DNA of 64,000 bases from Camelus ferus (taxonomy: Eukaryota), in contig NC_045696.1 in NCBI RefSeq assembly GCF_009834535.1, positions 93,870,001-93,934,000 on the forward strand, written 5' to 3'. Made by a program: the position numbers and the translations under genes. Each line of letters opens with the position of its first letter. The first letter of the stretch is position 1. Shown piece after piece: positions 12,720 to 24,935 of this stretch. The notes under the pieces were generated by a model. The model had not been told where the DNA came from and made no database searches. It worked only from the letters and a program-made list of their open reading frames with translations.

Positions 12720-12940
12720 GTCCGAGATTTGCAGATATTAACTACTGTATATAAAATAGATAAACAACAAGCTTATTCTGTAAAGCACAGGGAACTATAT
12801 TCAATATCTTGTAGTAACCTGTAATGAAAAAGAATATGAAAAGGAATATATGTATGTACAGGTATGACTGAAACTTTATGCTGTACACCAGAAATTGACA
12901 CAACATTGTAAACTGACTGTACTTCAACAAAAAAATAATA
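12720..12940 (+). mobile_element. Younger L1 3' UTR fragment
   Basis: gagatttgcagatattaactactg...agcacagggaactatattcaatatcttgtag...tgtacaccagaaattgacacaacattgtaaactgactgtacttcaa plus A-rich tail. Confidence 0.88.
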
Positions 12941-13237
12941 ACAATAATTATAAGGATTAAGTTTGAAATGATGATCATTCCCCGGTGTCTTGCAGTAATT
13001 TAAAAAAAAACAAAAACAACAATAAACTATGATTTCATAATTGCTTTAGAGACAAAATTCTCTACAAACTAGATTTTTCTACTCAAACACCCTTACCCTG
13101 AAAGCAATCCTTTCTCCCTGAGAAATAGACCATCAGGAGGCATTTCTAATATAATTTAAGAAATTGATTAATTTCAATCAATGTGATCTAGCTAAAACAA
13201 AGTTAGATAATTAAAACTAATATTCAATGTTGCTTAC

Positions 13238-13390
13238 AACAATTTTTGTAATGTCCGCTGTTGGTAGACTTCATTCGTGCAGTATTTCACGTACGGGTCA
13301 AATGTGGATGCTGTGTGTTTTTCCACAATGTCACTTATGTCATCTATGAAGATATTATTCTGATGTCTTGCTTCCAACTCTGTGAAGAAT
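13238..13390 (-). CDS. ARHGEF26: ARHGEF26 coding exon (153 nt, phase 2-2), DH domain
   Basis: Acceptor gtattttcag|A, donor TT|gtaagc. Encodes FFTELEARHQNNIFIDDISDIVEKHTASTFDPYVKYCTNEVYQQRTLQKL(L). Phase matches the previous exon across a 36,157-bp intron. Confidence 0.97.
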
Positions 13391-13878
13391 CTGAAAATAC
13401 AAAGAAACGCATTTACACTTTCTTCTGTATGCTCTAATAGACAACAGATTATCCTCATGTAATGATATTAAACAGGGCTTGAAAATATCAACAGTACATA
13501 GTACCGACTCAGAAAGATAACAAGAAAAAAACTACAAAGAGTCTAAATTTAAATCTATCATATTAACACCTTATTACTTCATATGGTTGGCTTAAAACAT
13601 TGATAATCCAGGGCATTTCTGTGCTTTCAGGTATATTTTAGAATGTACAGATTTCACTATTTCTCAAGAATTCCCTAAATACTAGGGAGGGCAGGATTCA
13701 TGCTTATGTATTTTATTGTATTGAAAAGCATGAGTGCCTACGTAAGTACCTAAAAAACAAGTCTGAAATAAACCTAATTCTATGTGTCCAGTCTCTCAAA
13801 AAAAAAAAATCATATTATTTTAAATCTAATACAATGCATGGCATTTAAACGTCTTCATAAATTATTTAGATTGTGTTT

Positions 13879-14056
13879 TATGGTTGTCAGGGTGTGCTTG
13901 TGTGTATGTTGTGCGCACGTACATGTGCATACACACACACGTGAATACCGTGTCCAGTTCAGTAAAAATTAAATAAACAATGAATAATTAATACAATTAT
14001 GTCCCAAATATTGCACAGGACATCTTGGGCGTCTTGTATTTTATCTGGCAACCCTA
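13879..14056. mobile_element. MER53-like palindromic hAT MITE, partly deleted, with TG/CA-rich insert
   Basis: Right end gggcgtcttgtattttatctggcaacccta, left end tatggttgtcag, central tatgtcccaaatattgcacaggacat. Confidence 0.75.
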
Positions 14057-14100
14057 GATTGCATCAATTTTAACAGAACATCAGAAGCAGATATCTGAAA

Positions 14101-14273
14101 CAGTGTTCCTGCTTAAAAAGTGGTCGGTCCACAGACCAGTAGCATTGGTACCCTCTAAAAGCATATTAGAACTAATGCCAAATCTCACCACCCACCTCCC
14201 GCAGTCTGAACCTGCATTCTATCCTGATCACCTGGCAATCTGAATGTACACCGAACTTTGAGAACGGCCCTAG
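14101..14273. mobile_element. MER5-type hAT-Charlie MITE
   Basis: cagtgttcct...aagtggtcggtccacagaccagtagcattgg...agtctgaacctgcatt...aactttgagaacggccctag. Confidence 0.75.
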
Positions 14274-15319
14274 AATACACTTCCTGACCACGTCTGGAGT
14301 GGTAGGAAAATCTATCAGGAGTAACTATCACGCAAGGACTGACACATTTTCTAAAAAAGTGTGATGAAGATGAAACCAACAATACTTTCTAGTGCTGACT
14401 TTTGGAATGGCACAAGGGAAGGTTAGTTTTCCATAAGCTTTTCAGCTTTCAGCACATCCCTTCTCCTCACCAGTGTCCATCACACACAATTCAAGGCTAA
14501 CAGTGAATGAGGCAGTAGAAATTCAGACAGAATGATTAATAGAAAATATGGGCTAACATTTGCTCACATTTATAACAGTTATTTTCAAAGAAAATTCTGG
14601 CACTCAGAAATAAAACAATCAGGACATTAAGAGGTCTTGTTTTTATAAACTTAAGTGGACATTCAACTCATTTTAGTATAAACTGTATTAGCTTGTCATC
14701 ACTATCTATTTTATTTTTTAAAGTTTCCATAGGCACTTAAAAGACAAAGAAATATATTTTAACTCCCTAGAAGAATGAACTTATTTATATCCGAGAAAGC
14801 ATTTACATTTTTATTTCCTTCAAAAAAGATTTAAGGAAAATAATCAGCATGATTCCCATCCACATGACCTGGTCATCCAGCCCCTTGTTTAAATCAGCAA
14901 GAGGAGAAACGTCAAGCGCACTCCACTGGGGTTTTTGGCTTCCCTTCCAACGGGATCAGGGTTAATGCGCACAGCAGCTCCTAGACCAGAAAGCACACCT
15001 CTAAGTTTCAGAACTCCGTCGGCAGCTTCACTGTCACTTTGTCGAGACTGAACTCATTAACATTCAAATAAAATATCAAACCCTCTCCAAAAAAGTTTCA
15101 GAATTTCAGAAATCTCCAACTTCAAACCCCATACAAATAAAAACAGTGTTTCATAAAGAATATTTTCTATCTAGACTGGTCCCTGACTTCAAGAAGTTTG
15201 CACTATTTCGTGGTAAGAATGATAAACATAAATGATATAATTGTATATAACTACATGTTGGAACACATGTACATAAGGGTGTTGGCGGCAGTATCTTTTT
15301 TTTTAATTATATAAACTAT

Positions 15320-15850
15320 ATTTTTTTATTCTGGTAAAATATACACTACATAAAAGTTGCAATTTTCACCATTTTCAATGGCTTTAATTACATTCACAAT
15401 ATTGTGCAACCATCATCACTATTTCCAAAATACTTTCATCACCCTGAACAGAAATGCTGTCCCCATAAAGCAATAATTCTCCATTTCCTCCTCTTCTCAG
15501 TCTCTGACAACCTCTAATCTATTTTCTCTCTCTATGAATTTGCTTATTCTAGGTATTTCATGTAAGTGGAATTACACAATATCTGTACTTTTTGTTTGGC
15601 TTATTTCACTTAGTATGATGCTTTCTAGGTTCATCCATGTTGAAGGATATATCAGAACTTTTCCCTCTTTATGGATGAATAATATTCCATCGAAGGTACG
15701 TACTATAATTTGTTTATCCTTTCATCTGTTGGTGAACACTTGGGTTGTTTCCACCTTTTGACTGTTGTGACTAATGCTGCCATTAACATTCTCATACAAG
15801 TATCTGAGTCAGTTTTCAGATCTTCGGGATATGCATCCAGAGGTGGTATT
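15320..15850 (-). mobile_element. Old L1 3' end (L1MB-like)
   Basis: ttacattcacaatattgtgcaaccatcatcact...tggcttatttcacttagtatgatgctttctaggttcatccatgttg...gggttgtttccacctttt. The ORF fragment KRWKQPKCSPTDERINKL is L1 ORF2 C-terminus-like. Confidence 0.85.
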
Positions 15851-15929
15851 TCAACCTCGCTGACTCTGCCACTATTAGTATATTTCAAGAAGTGGTAGTA
15901 TAATACTAAGACCAATACAGAAGAAGCTG

Positions 15930-16760
15930 AGTTACACACTAAGGAGAGATTATCTCATTAAATGATGGTTGAGTAAGAAATGATCCTTCCCTTCCTGACA
16001 CTCAAGAGTTGAGTGGCCCATGGGAGGCATAGAGCCAATTAACTGTGATACAAGACCTATAACAGAGGAAGACAATGAAAAGTCCAGGGGCAGGTGACTG
16101 ATGGTGTGAGGTGAGGAGAGGGGTCACTGGTGATGAGGGTGGCAATTTGGGGAGCACGGAAGCAGGGCACTGCAGGCAGAGACACAATGTGGGCACAAGC
16201 ATGAATCTCGTTCAGAAAACAGTAGGGTTCAGTGAGGTGAGGTGTTGACCACAGGAGGAATGGGGCAGAGAATGAGGGCTGAAAAGCAAGTGGATCAAAG
16301 CTAGACTGCAAAGCTTCAACTGTAGGCTGAGGAGCTTAATCTGTGGACAACAAGAACCTGCTGGAGGTGTTGAAGCCAATAAATCATCTAATCAGACAAA
16401 AGACAATTGAGACAGAAGAGAGGTGGGAGAGACAGACCACAAACAGGCCAGTGAGATGGCTCACCTGGGCAAGTGACAATAAAGCCTGGCAGTGGGAAAT
16501 CAAAAAGAGGACACATTAGGGTAACAGTTTAGAGGGAAAGTCAGTAGAATGGAGAAACTTATTAGATGGGAAAGTCAAGGAAGATACTGCGGTTTCTAGT
16601 CAAAGCTTCTACCTGGGCATCAAGGTGGGTCATTAAACCATTCATGAAGACAGGGACTTTGGGTGGTGGGGGGTGGGTAGCAAGATGAAAGCAGTTTAAT
16701 TTTCCCTTGGCAAAGCCAAATGGACAGCTGAAAGTACACATCTGTGAGAATTCAGAGCCA
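15930..16760 (-). mobile_element. L2 LINE fragment
   Basis: Purine-rich L2 reverse-strand motifs (gcagagacacaatgtgggcacaagcatg, ctgctggaggtgttgaagc, attagatgggaaagt). Confidence 0.6.
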
Positions 16761-18469
16761 CAGGAATTCTAGGTAGTATACGGTCAGGACTAGTTCATTT
16801 TTAGCGGGTTTTTCATATAAATGCAAAATATTTGCAATTTCTTTTAGCTCCAAGTGTCATTTAAAAAATGTTCAGAGAAAACTGAAAAAATAAGAAACCA
16901 TTAAGTTATTATCATGTAAATCTCAGAAATAAATATCTTAGAGGCAAATATCTCTTCCAGTTTCTTGTCTTCAGCTAACTGTTACAGTCTGAAGGAATGC
17001 AACTATAAAACCAAACACAACAGTAACTTGGCTTCTCCCAGTGAAAAGGAAAATTCATTTATCACTATAGAAGGTTTGCCAAAGTACCAGATTAAAAACA
17101 AAAGTACTAATGAAATATCTGTTTATGCTGCTTACTATAATATAATATAAACCAAACCACCCATCTTTTATTTTGACAGCAGCATAATTGACATAATTCA
17201 AAGCTTTCTATGTTAAATTATCTACTGGTTATTTTGGTAAATTTACATATTTTACTAAGTGAGCTGAGCAACAAACAAGCCAAGAAAGTATTACTAAAGA
17301 ATGAGGTATTATTTCAATAACCAAGAATGCCAGATATCCAAATGAAATCTGAAGCAAAAGTAAAAGCATTCTGGTTCCCTGGATGAAATTGAATGAGTCT
17401 GTGAAGTAATTTGGCTTCCCTGAAGGACAATTTTTTCATGGAAATCTATTTCAGCCCTATGAATTATTTTTTCTGGCATACCACCTTCATTACTTCCTCT
17501 TTGTAGCATTACCAGGATGATCATGTTTTACAACCAATCATGTACAAACTTTCTGTACAACCTACCAAAATTCTAACCTCATTACTAACGTTGAGATTTT
17601 GAAAAACCTCTGATGGACCAGAAAAGCTTCCTGGAAGCAGTGCCTCTAACTCAGAAGCCCAGGTTAGCCCCGTTTGACTGCTGACTCAACCCTCACCAGC
17701 ATCCGGTGGCTCTGAGGTCCCACAGATGTGCATTTTCAGCTGTCTGTTTGACATCTCCAAAGCAACACTAAACTACTTGCTTCCTGCTTCTTCTCCCCCA
17801 ACCTAGTCACACCCATACTTCAAACGAGTGTGGACAGTGACTGCAGCCTGCCCAGGTGAGCTTCTTGACTGTGCAGAGAATGGTCAGACCACCAAGAAAC
17901 CCCAGGGAGGCCTCCCAGGAGAAGGGACTTCAACATGAGAACTGCACGGCCATGTCTGAAGAGATGCTCGAGGCCTGTAGCCTCTCCGCTAGTATTTCCT
18001 AGAACTGCAGGGACGGTATATTCTTTAGGCTGTTTGTGGTTGCTTTATCAGGTGATGGTCTTAAATGTAACACTGGATTTAGCGGGAAAAACGAAGTCAA
18101 CAGTGGGGCAGCCACTTCTAGTCTACTCAGCACATATACTTTCATGAGTGTCACTTTCTCCCTTCCACAGTAAGCAGAAAAGACCTACAAATGTTTAAGG
18201 TACAGGTGTCCCCATACCATTACCAACAGCCTTCTTAAAATTCAACTGGTAAGGTAATGGTCATGTCAAAGATAAGTGTTCATTCCTGAGAACTCTTGAA
18301 GATTGTACAACAAATCCACCTATCTATAGAAAGAATTAAAGCTTATTTAATACAGACAACAAATCTGGTTTCATCACCAGTCAGACAAAAAATATCCCAC
18401 GTCTAGCACAGGATGACATCCTTTGGTGGATGTCAAGGTGCAAACGATTGATAATCATGACCACTCTTC

Positions 18470-18640
18470 ACTGCACCAAGCGCAGTGCTTCCCATGTACT
18501 GCCTTCATTTAATTTAATTTTCAGGCCTACTTTATGAGATGGCTATTATACCCATTCTATAGATAAGAAAACCAAGGCTAAGAGAGCTTAAGTCAAAACT
18601 TGAAACAGCTGAGACTCAGTTTGAACCCAGAGCCGGAGCC
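18470..18640 (-). mobile_element. MIR fragment
   Basis: cccattctatagataagaaaaccaaggctaagagag...tttgaacccag. Confidence 0.75.
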
Positions 18641-19049
18641 TTTCTGAATTCACAGCCAGCAACTGAACTACCACACCTACTGTCTCTGCTCACAGGTGTC
18701 CACTGATCTGTTAACTACCAGCCAGCCCTCAGTCTAGACATCCAGCAAGAAGGCTAGCAGCTGGAATGGAAAAAAAAAATGTCTTTCCAAGAAGATCAAC
18801 TGTTGAACCATCTCAGCAAGTAACTTACATACATCAACACGGTAAAGACTCTGACGTGGATTCATGCTGTGGCGAGAGCTGCAGGACAGCAGAAGAGTCG
18901 ACAGCCTCCCTTGGTGCAGCCACCAGGAGGGTGGCCACCAGTGATGTTTTCCAGTCCTGATCCACATAGCAGGAGCAAATACGGGTTTACAGGTGCCCTG
19001 TGAAACCCTCTGGGAGTCATTCATCTCAGCCTTCCCTGTTCCCTACTGC

Positions 19050-19340
19050 GCTCCTCTTTGCCCCACTCACCCTTCAAGTCTTGGGTTAAATTTCATCTCC
19101 TCCAGGAAGCCTTCTCTGACCCTTCTGGACTGGATTAGGCTCCTTTATTGTATGTATGTCTTTAATAAACCTCACTGCTTTTCCTTTCGTGTACCTACTA
19201 TGATCATAATTGATTGTATTATGATTTTGTCTTCCTTTGTCTCTCTCAGCAAGGGCTACAGGACAGGCTGTGCCTGATTTGTTCAACACTGTATGCTTGG
19301 GGCCTAGCCACAGGACCTGGAATATAAAAGACAGTCAAAT
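19050..19340 (+). mobile_element. L2 3' region, continuing at 20272-20292 after the L1 insertion
   Basis: catctcctccaggaagccttctctgacc...tttgttcaacactgtat...gcctagccacaggacctggaatata. The tail resumes as atttaatgcgtgaataaat. Confidence 0.75.
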
Positions 19341-19344
19341 GTTT

Positions 19345-19801
19345 TTTAATTGAAGTATAGTTGATTTATAATGTTGTGTTAGTTACAGGTGTATAACACA
19401 GCGATTCAGTTATCCATAAATATATTCTTTTTCATATTCTTTTCCATCATGGTTTATTATAGAATATTAAATATAGTTCCCTGTGCTATATATAGTATGA
19501 CCTTATTGTTTATCTATTTTATATACAGTAGCTTGTATCTGTTAATCCTCAAATCCTAATTTATCTCTCCTCACCCCCTTTCCCCTGTGGTAACCATAGT
19601 TTGGTTTCTATGTATGTGAGTCTCTTTCTGTTTTGTAAATAAGTTCATTTGAATCATATTTTAGATTCCACATAGAAGTGATACCATATGGTATTTGTCT
19701 TTGTTTTTCTGGCTTACTTCACTTAGTATGACTAACTCCAGGTCCATCCATGTTGCTGCAAATGGTATAATTTCATTCTTTTTATGGATGAGTAATGTTC
19801 C

Positions 19802-19832
<31 letters not shown>

Positions 19833-20256
19833 CACATCTTTATTCATTCATTTGTTGATGGACACTCAGGTTGCTTCCATGCTTGGCTATTGCCAATAGT
19901 GCTGCCATGAACACTGGGGTATAGGTATCTTTCTGAATTCGAGTTTTCTCTGGATATATGCCTAGGAATGGGATTACTGGATCACACGGCAACTCTATTT
20001 TTAGTTCTTTAAGGAACCTCCATATACTGCCTTCCATAGTGGCTACATCAATTTACATTCCCACCAGCAGTGTAGGAGGGTTCCCTTTTCTCCAGACCCT
20101 CTGCAGCATTTATCGTTTGTGGACTTTTGAATGATGGCCATTCTGACTGGTATGAGGTGATACCTCATCGTAGTTCTGATTTGCATTTCTCTAATAATTA
20201 ACTATGTTGAGCATCTTTTCATGTACCTATTGGCCGTCTGTATGTCTTCTTTGGAG
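19345..20256 (-). mobile_element. 5'-truncated L1 (ORF2 C-terminus plus 3' UTR) inserted into an L2 3' end
   Basis: [32 protein letters not shown] is L1 ORF2 C-terminal. TSD AAAAGACAGTCAAAT at 19326-19340 and 20257-20271. Internal (TG)14 at 19804-19831. Confidence 0.93.
19804..19831. repeat. (TG)14 microsatellite inside L1
   Basis: Read directly. Confidence 0.95.
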
Positions 20257-23200
20257 AAAAGACAGTCAAATATTTAATGCGTGAATAAATCTGTGTTTTA
20301 AACAGAAAATTATAATAATGGAATTCATTCAAGGAATTCTGCTCTACTGCTATTTTACCAAGAATGTAACATCTACAAAGAGGTCTGTCTCTACCGTGCT
20401 TCACTCACTTGTAAGTCAAGTCAGTATATATTTATTGACCACGAAGTGAGTTCCCAGAGCCATGCTAGGCGCAGTGAGGGCCACCAATGAAGACATGAAC
20501 TCCCAGCCTACCCTTTTACAATCCTGTCAAGTACGGTCACTAACGTGAGACCAAGCCCAGCCCACGTTTCTTCAGTGGCAGCTGCACTTACCAAAAACCC
20601 TGCCAGACCGGCCCCTCCCCCACCTGATTTACGGACAATTCCAGGCTGCTAAGAAGCTCAGCACTCAGCGCTCTAGCTGGGGAAGCAGGGCTCTGGATAT
20701 AATCAGCGTTCTCCTGTGCCCTTCTTGGAATGGCATCCTTTCAAGGTACTTTTCCTTCATTAATATCCATCTGCCGAAAGCAAACTCAAATCATTCCTGG
20801 ACTCCTTCCTCATTTGAATGAGTTGTCAATCTAAGTGGCGGCAGTATTCCGCCAGAGAGGGTCATATTCACTTACGCTGGAGACGTGTAACATACCAGGC
20901 AGGTTTTCCATGTCTAAATTGCTGTTATATAATAAAATGCCTTCACTAAACAAAGAAATATTCCAGATAAGTGGCAGCAAACTATGTGCTGCTGGAAATA
21001 CTTTTCTAACAGAGCAATAACAGAACGTTCTGTACTCTACCAAAGTGAATTTATATTCTGCTGCGGGTAAATGAGATTTTGGGCTTATTTGTTTGGGGGT
21101 TATTTTTGTTTTTGTTTTTGTTTTCGTTTTTTGGTGGTCACGTTGACACTAAAGATCAGCATCAATTTCTTTTAACACACTGGATCAGAGAGAGGAACAT
21201 GGCAAGAGTATCACCACTAACGCACGGCAGGCATCATTAACTAATTACGGTGCTCTGCCCAGATGCGGAATCTGCACTCCAGGCAGCCATCATCAATCAA
21301 TCAAAATCGATGAACAAGATGAAGCTCATCTGTGAGACCTACACAAGAGTCACACTCACAGGAAATAGTAATACAACAAAAATGCAGGGCTGCTGCTTCC
21401 CAGTAAGAATACCCTACACCCTGATCCAGTCAGAGTCTCACAGGGTTTCCTTCTCAGCAGACTATATGTTTTCTGAAATTTCCTCTCTGAGTTGATAATA
21501 AACGGATAAGGGTTGAATTAAAAGTGGTTGGGAATGTGGGGAAAAAAAACGTTCTCAACAAAAATGTTCTGGGAGCCCGCATTCCCATTCCAATAGCTAC
21601 TTGTTTGATCCTTCAAACCTCTAGGATGGTTTTTGTTGAAAGATTCTTATCACCCTATCAAAATCTTTAAGATCAGTTCAGACAGATAACAGAAGAGACT
21701 GAGTGAAAGAGATAAACAAAGGGTTTTCTTACCTTTAATGCCACGTAACACAGAGCCCGATAGTTTTAAATCCAGCTCCCCACGCCTTCTGTTCAAGGCA
21801 CCCAGCAAATCCCAAAGAAAGCGGAGCTGGTGGTTAGGGAAGGGAGGAGCAAAGAGAGAATACAGAGCCAAGTGCCCCCAAGACTTCTCTGCCACCAATG
21901 AAGGCTCCCATTTCCCTAGTCCTTCCTGTCACTGATCACAAACACACTAGAGGGAACAGAAATGGGACCACACAAATACAGAAAAACAGTATTTGAAAAG
22001 ATTTTGAATTGTTAATACCATTAGACTGAGTGTTTGCTTAAAAATGAGAATTTAAAGTATTTATCATCTGAATCTGCTCCACAGAAGTTGGAGGAAAAGG
22101 GTCTTGTTCCCATGGTAACCTTTTGCATACCTGATTCTTTTGCTTCAATGCTATTCACATGCATTCATCCACATTTTAATTTCTCCCAGAAATGAAGACC
22201 ACACTCTAATGAATGACAGGAACCATTTGCCAGCACTCTTATCAAAACGTCCTGAGAAGAGGAGAAAGCTTGTGTATGCATGGGCGTGGGGTGCTCTGGG
22301 TTATTATGGACAGTTTTGTAGTTTTTAATTATTTTTTTTTATTTGAGCACAACTATGCATTTCTATCTAGTAGAAAATCCTCCCCCCCCTCAATTTTATA
22401 TATGAACATGAAAACTGAGACCACGTATGCTGGTTCACCACTGGATTTCGAGGATCAAATAAAGAATGAGGACTCAATAAATGTGTTAAATGAATCAATA
22501 CCAGGTATTCCTCCTCTGCCCTGCTGTTAAAACTGCTGTCTTCCAAGGAGAGGAACAGTGAGTGATAATATGAAACAAGTATCTGCCAGGCACGAGTTCT
22601 TAACTTCAGGCCAGTTAAGTGATTAGGGTCCTTATGAGGGGGGTGGGCTGGGGTGGCCTCGCACAGCCCTGTGGGTTGGCAAGTATGGCAGGTGGGTGTT
22701 TACACTCCTTACACAGCATCCAAGACACAGGGCTTGTAACCTCAAGAACAGTTTTACTAATCCACTGCCTGGCCAAAAATTCTTTGAAAACTCCAAACCT
22801 AGAAAAGATTTATGACTTCTGAGATACGGTTTCCTTTTATTAGATGACAGTTACATAACCAGTTCTGTGACCTCTTCCCCCTGGCTGCCTGGAGGGGTGT
22901 TGCCGTGTTTCACCCTCACTCAGCAGCTCTACTGGGAGGGCTGGCTGGGCAGGAAGGCTCTCTCTGTCCTTGCCTTGTTTCCTGTTGTGCACGTGTCATT
23001 TTTTGCCAGCAGCCTTGAGCCTCTGGTGGATGTAGTTGGAGAATAAATTATCAATTATAAACAAACCAGGAAGAGGTGGATTCTTCACTGCTGCTTGGGA
23101 ACAGCACTAAGAACGAATTTACAGAACACTGGCACAAAGTCAATTAAAACAAACACATCTTTTCATGCTGAAGCCCCCTTTCCTATTCTGAACTGGTCAT

Positions 23201-23295
23201 TCTGGAATAAACTCAGCATAGGGAAGAACAGGTTTTTCTTCAGGCACTATTTCCAGATCCTTTTTAGGTAGCACCCTTGGGATTTCAAGTCAGAA

Positions 23296-23814
23296 TGTAA
23301 TAGAGAAGAACAAATCTGACTCCATATTAAACCTGTTCCTTTGGCTTCAACCCTTGCTGTTTTCTGAGCTTAGCCATGCTGGTTCTGTGCCTTTTGTGGA
23401 AAAAAAAAAAGTTGTCCATAGCCTGAAGTATACAGGATAGCCCATTCTCAAGGCTCTGACCTCTAACAGTGTAACACTTCTCCATTCATACAGAGATTAA
23501 AAGCTGCAGAACAGAGACTAACATTTGTCTTGTTGGAGGTATACAAGAACACCATGACCTGACCTAAGAGGACAGCTCCAAGAACAAAGGATTCCAACAC
23601 CAAGAAGTTTGCAACAACCAGCCACACCCCTTCCCTTTTTAGGATAAAAGAAGCCTTAATTCTGACTTGGGTAAAATAGTTCTCCAGGACACTAGTCTCC
23701 CATCTTCTTGGTTTGCTGTCTTTCTGAATAAAGTTATTATTCCTTGCTCAAAAACCTCATCTCCCGATTTATTGGCCTGTCATTTGGCGAGCAGAGTGAG
23801 TTTGGACTCTAACA
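23296..23814 (+). mobile_element. ERV1-class solo LTR (MER41-like), about 519 bp
   Basis: TGT...ACA termini, 5' tctgactccatatt motif, TATA-like ggataaaag, AATAAA near 23727, 3' atttattggcctgtcatttggcgagcagagtgagtttgg. Flanks AGAA/AAAA are a possible 4-bp TSD. Confidence 0.8.
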
Positions 23815-24687
23815 AAAATTCAATCCACAAGGAAGAGTAGCATTTAAAGTAAGCCCTAAATCTTTGCATCTTGGTTTTTCTTTATTAAATATGCCTGATA
23901 AATGCCCATTAGTTTCATCAAGAAGAAAAAGGAATCAGGAGGACATAGGATTTTGAAAAACTCTACAGGCCAGTTTCCCAAACCATAATATCCCCCAAAA
24001 AAAGGATGCTTGTCTGCATGAGGAAAATAGAATTCCACGTCTCCTCTGACATTTTTCAAACGTGCTCCAGTTTGACAGCAGCTCGCTCCAGTCCGTCCCT
24101 TTTCATACAACCCACTCATTCAACTTCCAGAGGATTTTTTAAATACTTTCTTTTTAGATGGTTATTAGCGCAGGCTAGCACAGTATCCAAAGAACGGGAT
24201 CTGTGGTAAACAATCCTCATCCTGGCTTTAAGTGGATCTGGGATAATGAGTCATTTCTGTTTCTTCATTTACCGAGACGGAACAAGCGGAGTGGGGAAGA
24301 CTGGGTCAACCCTCAGCGCCGCCACACCAGTAATCAGCTCAAGAAAGACCACTGGCAGCACAGGGAAGCAGGAAACATGCCAGGAAGAGGGGAAGAGATC
24401 CTACAGGCCAATGGTAGGGGAGCATGAAGGCATGAAAAGAGAGAACGTGCAATGAAGCCTCCACATCATCTCCTCTATACCAAAGACCAAGCTTCCCACT
24501 TTCTTTTTCTCAGCCTTTATGCTTTCCTCCAACATTAGCTACAGGTGCTCTCTTATCTCATGAGTAAATTCTATCAGATAACAATACCTGTAAGAGCACA
24601 CATTTCCAACTAAAGTCCATTTTGCACTGGACCTACCATGGCCAGACTAATCGTAATTACACCACACCTCTGGAAAATGCATGCAGG

Positions 24688-24935
24688 CTCTTGGTTACAA
24701 GCGCAGATTCTGGAGCCAGATGGCCTGGGTTCAAATCCCACCCCGGCTCTTTTACTAGCTGTGTGACCTTAGGCAACTCAACGTCTCCAGGCTCTGCTTC
24801 CTCATTTGTAAAGCGGGAATAATAATGGTATGACCTCATGTGGTTCTCAGGATGACTGAATGAATTAAAACGTATTAAGTGGTTAGAACATGGTCTGGCA
24901 CCTGGTATGTGCTCATTAACATTCATTATTATTCA
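24688..24935 (+). mobile_element. MIR SINE, near full length
   Basis: ctggagccagatggcctgggttcaaatccca...actagctgtgtgaccttaggcaa...ttcctcatttgtaaagcgggaataataat. Confidence 0.9.

Noticed and set aside
19840..20037. [20 protein letters not shown]...
   Set aside because: Fragment of L1 ORF2 from a 5'-truncated element, not a host gene.
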